Source: Octopus vulgaris (Eukaryota). From it: a stretch of 64,000 nt of DNA. A program made the translations under genes and the position numbers. Of this stretch, positions 57,868 through 64,000 are shown one piece after another (positions within the stretch are counted from its first letter, which is position 1; each line of letters opens with the position of its first letter). The notes beneath the pieces are model-generated. The model ran no database searches. It was not told the origin of the DNA and worked only from the letters and a program-made list of their open reading frames with translations. The DNA lies in NCBI GenBank assembly GCA_951406725.2, contig OX597832.1:19344001-19408000 (forward strand), given 5' to 3'.

Positions 57868-58663
57868 GTAGTAGTAGTAGTAGTAGTAGTAGATTTTCTA
57901 GTAGTAGTATTTTGCAAGTGCTATATATCTATATGTATATATAAATAAAATATATATATATATATAATGTTTATATGTATAGGTATGTATGTGTATGTAT
58001 ATGTATGTATATATATATGCATATGTGTGTGTGTGTAAATAAGTATACATACACAAACATATATGCATGTATGTATATGAATGTATATTTATGCATGTAT
58101 GTATATATAGTATGTATATATATATGTATATATATATAGATATGTAAATATATGTATATGTTATATATATAGATATGTATATATATATGTATCCACATAT
58201 ATGTACAAGTATACATGTATGTGTGTATGTATATATGTATATATGGATATATATATATATATATATTGATATTGATATTGATATATCTGCAAATATAAAT
58301 TATATGCATATATAGATCTGTATATATGCATATATATCCATATATATACACATACATGTCTGTATGCGCGCGACTGTTTCTGTGTTATTTTATGAGTGTG
58401 TATGTGTCTTGCACATATATATATATTTGTGAATTATTCCCAAATCAATTCCAGGGTATATATTATGGGATAGAAGCTAATTTTATGAATGTGTTAAGAA
58501 GGAATTTCCAAAATACTCGCATTTATATGTGTGTGTATGTGTTTGTTTCTGCATGTTTATATATGCGTATATGTACACATAAATACACGAATACAGACAT
58601 GTATATATACCTTATATATATACATATATATGTGTATGTATGTATATATGTGTATATATATAT

Positions 58664-58722
<59 letters not shown>

Positions 58723-59162
58723 TATATACGTATATACATGCATACATGTAAATATATATATCAACATACATATACATGTCTATATATACATATGTGTAAA
58801 TATATATATATGCATGTATATACATATATATTTGTATGTGTCTCTCTGTATATACATGTATGTATATATGTAAATACATATGAGCGCCAATGTTTTTTGT
58901 GTGTATGTGTGTCTGTGCGTGTGGTTGTCAGCCTCAGATGTTATATGATATGATGTTTTTTACTGGACACATACATAGTGGCATATGTATTCGTATATAT
59001 ATTTTATCCGTGTATCTATCTATCTATCTATCTATCTATTTCCTCACTAATCACGCTGTCTATCCATACATACCTATAATTTACATATACTGTACATACG
59101 GGCTTATGTACTTACAGAAATATATTTGTATATATATATACATTTAAGCATTCATTCCTGCA

Positions 59163-59221
<59 letters not shown>

Positions 59222-60532
59222 ACATTCATACGTTTTCTGCTACCAGCTTCGATCCATAGGTTACTACAAGCAAATGGTAATAGATATATATACATGCTAA
59301 CAAAAATGTTTTTAAATCCAAACACTCATCCAGCCATACATATTTATATACATTAATAAGCACATGTGTAGCTATATATATTTATACATGTGTGTGAATG
59401 TATGTAAACTCATGTATATATGTATATGTGCGTGTATATGTATGTACATATGTAATTGTATACATATATCTGTATTTATATATAAGAGGTATGTGTATGT
59501 GTATACATGTATATATGTATGCATGTAAAATATATATATAAATATATATAAATACACATACACACATAAACACACACACTCTCTCTCTTATACCCATACC
59601 CCTAACTGGAATGTATAATTGTATAATACACCTCATTATCGTACGAAAATATGAAAAAGTGTGAGACAGACAGACAGACACGCACAGACTGACTGACAGA
59701 CAGAAAGGCAGAGAAAATAAGGAGATGGAAGAATTATTTAAACAGAAATAAAGCGGAATATTCTGCAAAAATTCATGAACGTATGTGTCTAATCTGAAAG
59801 AACATTGAAAAATCGAAGATTATATATATATATATATATATATATATGATAGCCGCTACCAGTACAGTGGTATCTTGTGGCATAAATATGTAAATATGTA
59901 TTTAGTTCGAACAAAAATGGTGGGTGTTGGTGCCGATGATGATGATGATGATGATGATTATGATGATGACGACGACAGAGATGAGGATGAAGAGAATGAG
60001 GATATTAGATAATAATAAATATGACATGTTTGATGCACACATCACTCATGCGCATTGTATATTTTTACCATATCTGACATTTCCATATGCACATTCTATG
60101 GAAACATACACACAGATACACTGTCATAAGTACATACATACATACTTATACACGTACGTACATATGTATATACCTACATACATGCATACGTATATATGTA
60201 TATATACTGGCATAAAAATGCTCGTATACTGGTGTGTGTATGTGTGTGTGTGTGTGTGTGTGTATGAAGATATATCTATATATTCATATTTGTAAGCATA
60301 CATGTATTTCCTTGTCTCTCACCCAGTACCTCTCTATCCTTCTCTTTACAAACACATACGATTATGTATATGCATATATATATTATATATATGTATGTGT
60401 GTATATATATATATATAAATATATATAGATATATATATGTGTGTGTGTGTATGCATGTATATATATATGCATACATAAATAGAAGTATACAGGCATATGC
60501 TTTCAACATATGCAGACATAATGACATATACA

Positions 60533-60588
<56 letters not shown>

Positions 60589-60978
60589 ACATACACACAC
60601 ACACACGTGCAAGCAGATGTAAAGAAAGATGTTTGTAGAAATGTAATAGACACATCGGTTTGAATTATACGCCATCATATCTGCACAATTGTATTATATA
60701 TACATGCAGAATCAAAATGGCTGACTGCACAATTTGTTGGACTACGTGCTCATAGACCGTGAGTTCAAAATCCACTACAAGTGTTTTGCTGTGTTTTTAA
60801 GGCTCCGCTGTGTAGATTAGGTTAGGGATTGGTCTACAATGCTGAATGTTGTTCTTTGAGAAGCTAAACGTCAATAGATTGGCTGGAAATCCCACTGATG
60901 GATACCTCTGATTTTAATGTGAGGAAGAAAACGGTTACTGTATGTCCGTTGTGTTTATGTGGTTGTATGCGTTTACTA

Positions 60979-61170
60979 TTTTACTCTTTTACTCTTTTAC
61001 TTGTTTCAGTCATTTGACTGCGGCCATGCTGGAGCACCGCCTTTAGTCGAGCAAATCGACCCCGGGACTTATTCTATCGGTCTCTTTTGCCGAACCGGTA
61101 AGTTACGGGGACGTAAACACACCAGCATCGGTTGTCAAGCAATGCTAGGGGACAAACACAGACACACAAT

Positions 61171-61202
<32 letters not shown>

Positions 61203-61374
61203 CATATATACGACAGGCTTCTTTCAGTTTCCGTCTACCAAATCCACTCACAAGGCATTGGTCGGCCCGGGGCTATAGCAGAAGACACTTGCCCAAGATG
61301 CCACGCAGTGGGACTGAACCCGGAACCATGTGGTTAGTTAGCAAGCTACTTACCACACAGCCACTCCTGCGCCT
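60979..61374 (-). mobile_element. SINE family 1, full length
   Basis: High identity to the other copies; has a small deletion between two ACTTATTCT repeats. Confidence 0.9.
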
Positions 61375-61671
61375 GTATGTATACAGATGTACAGCGTTAC
61401 TATCATATATACATGCATACATACACAGAGTCAGACAGTGCAATACACACACACATTCACACACAAAAGTAAACACAGAAACATATATATATTCATACAT
61501 ACATACATAAAAATTTAAGGATATTTGTGTGTGTGTGTGTCCGTTTGGCGTTCGCTGTTTGAAGAAAGAGTACTCAATACAATGGTAGAGAGTAATACTA
61601 TTTTTGATTTTGTTATTTTAGTCACTTGTTAGTTTGAATCTTAGCCCTGGTTGCATTGGATGTTCAGGAAT

Positions 61672-61707
<36 letters not shown>

Positions 61708-62021
61708 AAGTGTGCATATATGTGTGTGTATAAGTATACATGTAGTTACTTGCATATATATATATATGTAGATATATATGTACAAAATTAAGAGGAGTGA
61801 GCACTAAGGTGGAAACCTAATATGCTAAACATAGAAGTCAAATCGACATTAATTTTGAATGTAACACAATTTTTAATCTTCGGATATGTTAAAAATGCTA
61901 ACTCACTGGTTTTAATTCATATCAATTTCTACACTTATTGTATATATATACATACATACATACATACATACATACATACATACATACATCCACATGCATA
62001 CATAAGATAAACATATGCATA

Positions 62022-62165
<144 letters not shown>

Positions 62166-62668
62166 TAGATAAATGTATTTATGTATCAGTGCATTTATGC
62201 AAATATATATATGTATAGTATACATATATCACATATAATTAATTTACATATGCATTAAACACGTACAAATAGACACACTCACATATATATATATATATAA
62301 CTATATGCTTATAGTCACGTACAACATATTGACACAGTTATGTTTTTTAGACACGTTTCGTAACCATATGTTTGTCTTTTTTCTAACTATAAACAAACGT
62401 TTATGCTTTGGTTCTCCAGCCGTGGCAATACCGACTTTCGACAAGCTTACAGCAGTAACTAATTTCCTGTGATGATTGTAATTGATAATTAAGTTGATAG
62501 CTGACTATTATTTCCAGCATGTCAAACTCACTCGAATGGATTTTTCATACATATGCTGTACATATATACATACATACAAAACACACAGAAACATACATGC
62601 ACGCACATTCATACACACATACACGGTGAGGTAAATACATACAAACACATACACACACACGCACACAG

Positions 62669-62717
<49 letters not shown>

Positions 62718-63005
62718 CGGTGACGTGCATACTTACACACACACAAACACCCACACACACACATACATATATATAAGCCAGTATTTATATATATATATAT
62801 ATATATATATTTCATTACAGTGTATGCGTTTGTAGCGAATGTATATATACGAAATTTGACAGTAGATAAATTTACCAATATGTCTACGTGTGTGTATATA
62901 TTCAGAGTTGAGTATAAAGCATGTTACACTTAATGAAATAGAGAAGCGGTTGTACACACACGCACGCACAAAATCGCGCACGGACACACATACATAAAGA
63001 TATTC

Positions 63006-63045
<40 letters not shown>

Positions 63046-63496
63046 GTATGTGTGTGTATGTATATATATATATATATATATGTATATATTTATACCTCCA
63101 TATATATGTACATATTTATATATATATGGAAATATACGTATATACACTCCAGCATAGTTAAGTTACTACACTACTCACACAGTAGCTTACAGTCATATAC
63201 ACGAACAGAATCAGACATACACATACACACACACTTGGAACTATGCATGTGTACACACAGACCAACATATAGAAACAAAGCCCGCACACAGTCATTCCAA
63301 CACCTATATACACGCGCAAAGAGAATGAGATAGAAATCAACGATTTTGTCGCTCAGTAAGAAACACAAAGATATGTAGAGACATTGATAGACAGAGAAAC
63401 AGATAGGAAAATTGATTGATGGAGACAGACAGATACACACAAACACAGACACACACATACACACACACACGCACACACACACACACACATATATAC

Positions 63497-63956
<460 letters not shown>

Positions 63957-64000
63957 GTCAGAGAGACCAGATATAAAGATTCTACTACATTTACACCAAT

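Overview
AT-rich, microsatellite-saturated eukaryotic DNA. The repeat content suggests an octopus/coleoid cephalopod (inference). It is a gene desert holding one protein-coding gene: an intronless SoxB1 (Sox1/2/3 orthologue) on the minus strand, 14958-15836, 292 aa from the first ATG. It has a motif-dense proximal promoter and lies in an ~8 kb island with no transposon I could recognise. The remainder is simple repeats plus mobile elements: three tRNA-derived SINE families, CR1/L2-type, RTE and R4/Dong LINE fragments, a decayed mariner, and an internally deleted Tc1/mariner with perfect 49-bp TIRs. The most notable hidden layer is a set of Penelope-type minimal hammerhead ribozymes, three with intact cores and about six decayed. 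One carries an extra hairpin in its core, and one lies in an element with a tRNA-like B-box that is duplicated as a 550-bp palindrome. Also notable are a SINE/LINE pair sharing a 3' tail and a possible non-AUG N-terminal extension plus uORF in SoxB1. Almost all other ORFs in the supplied track are microsatellite artefacts. All alignments and folds were done by eye; no searches were run.
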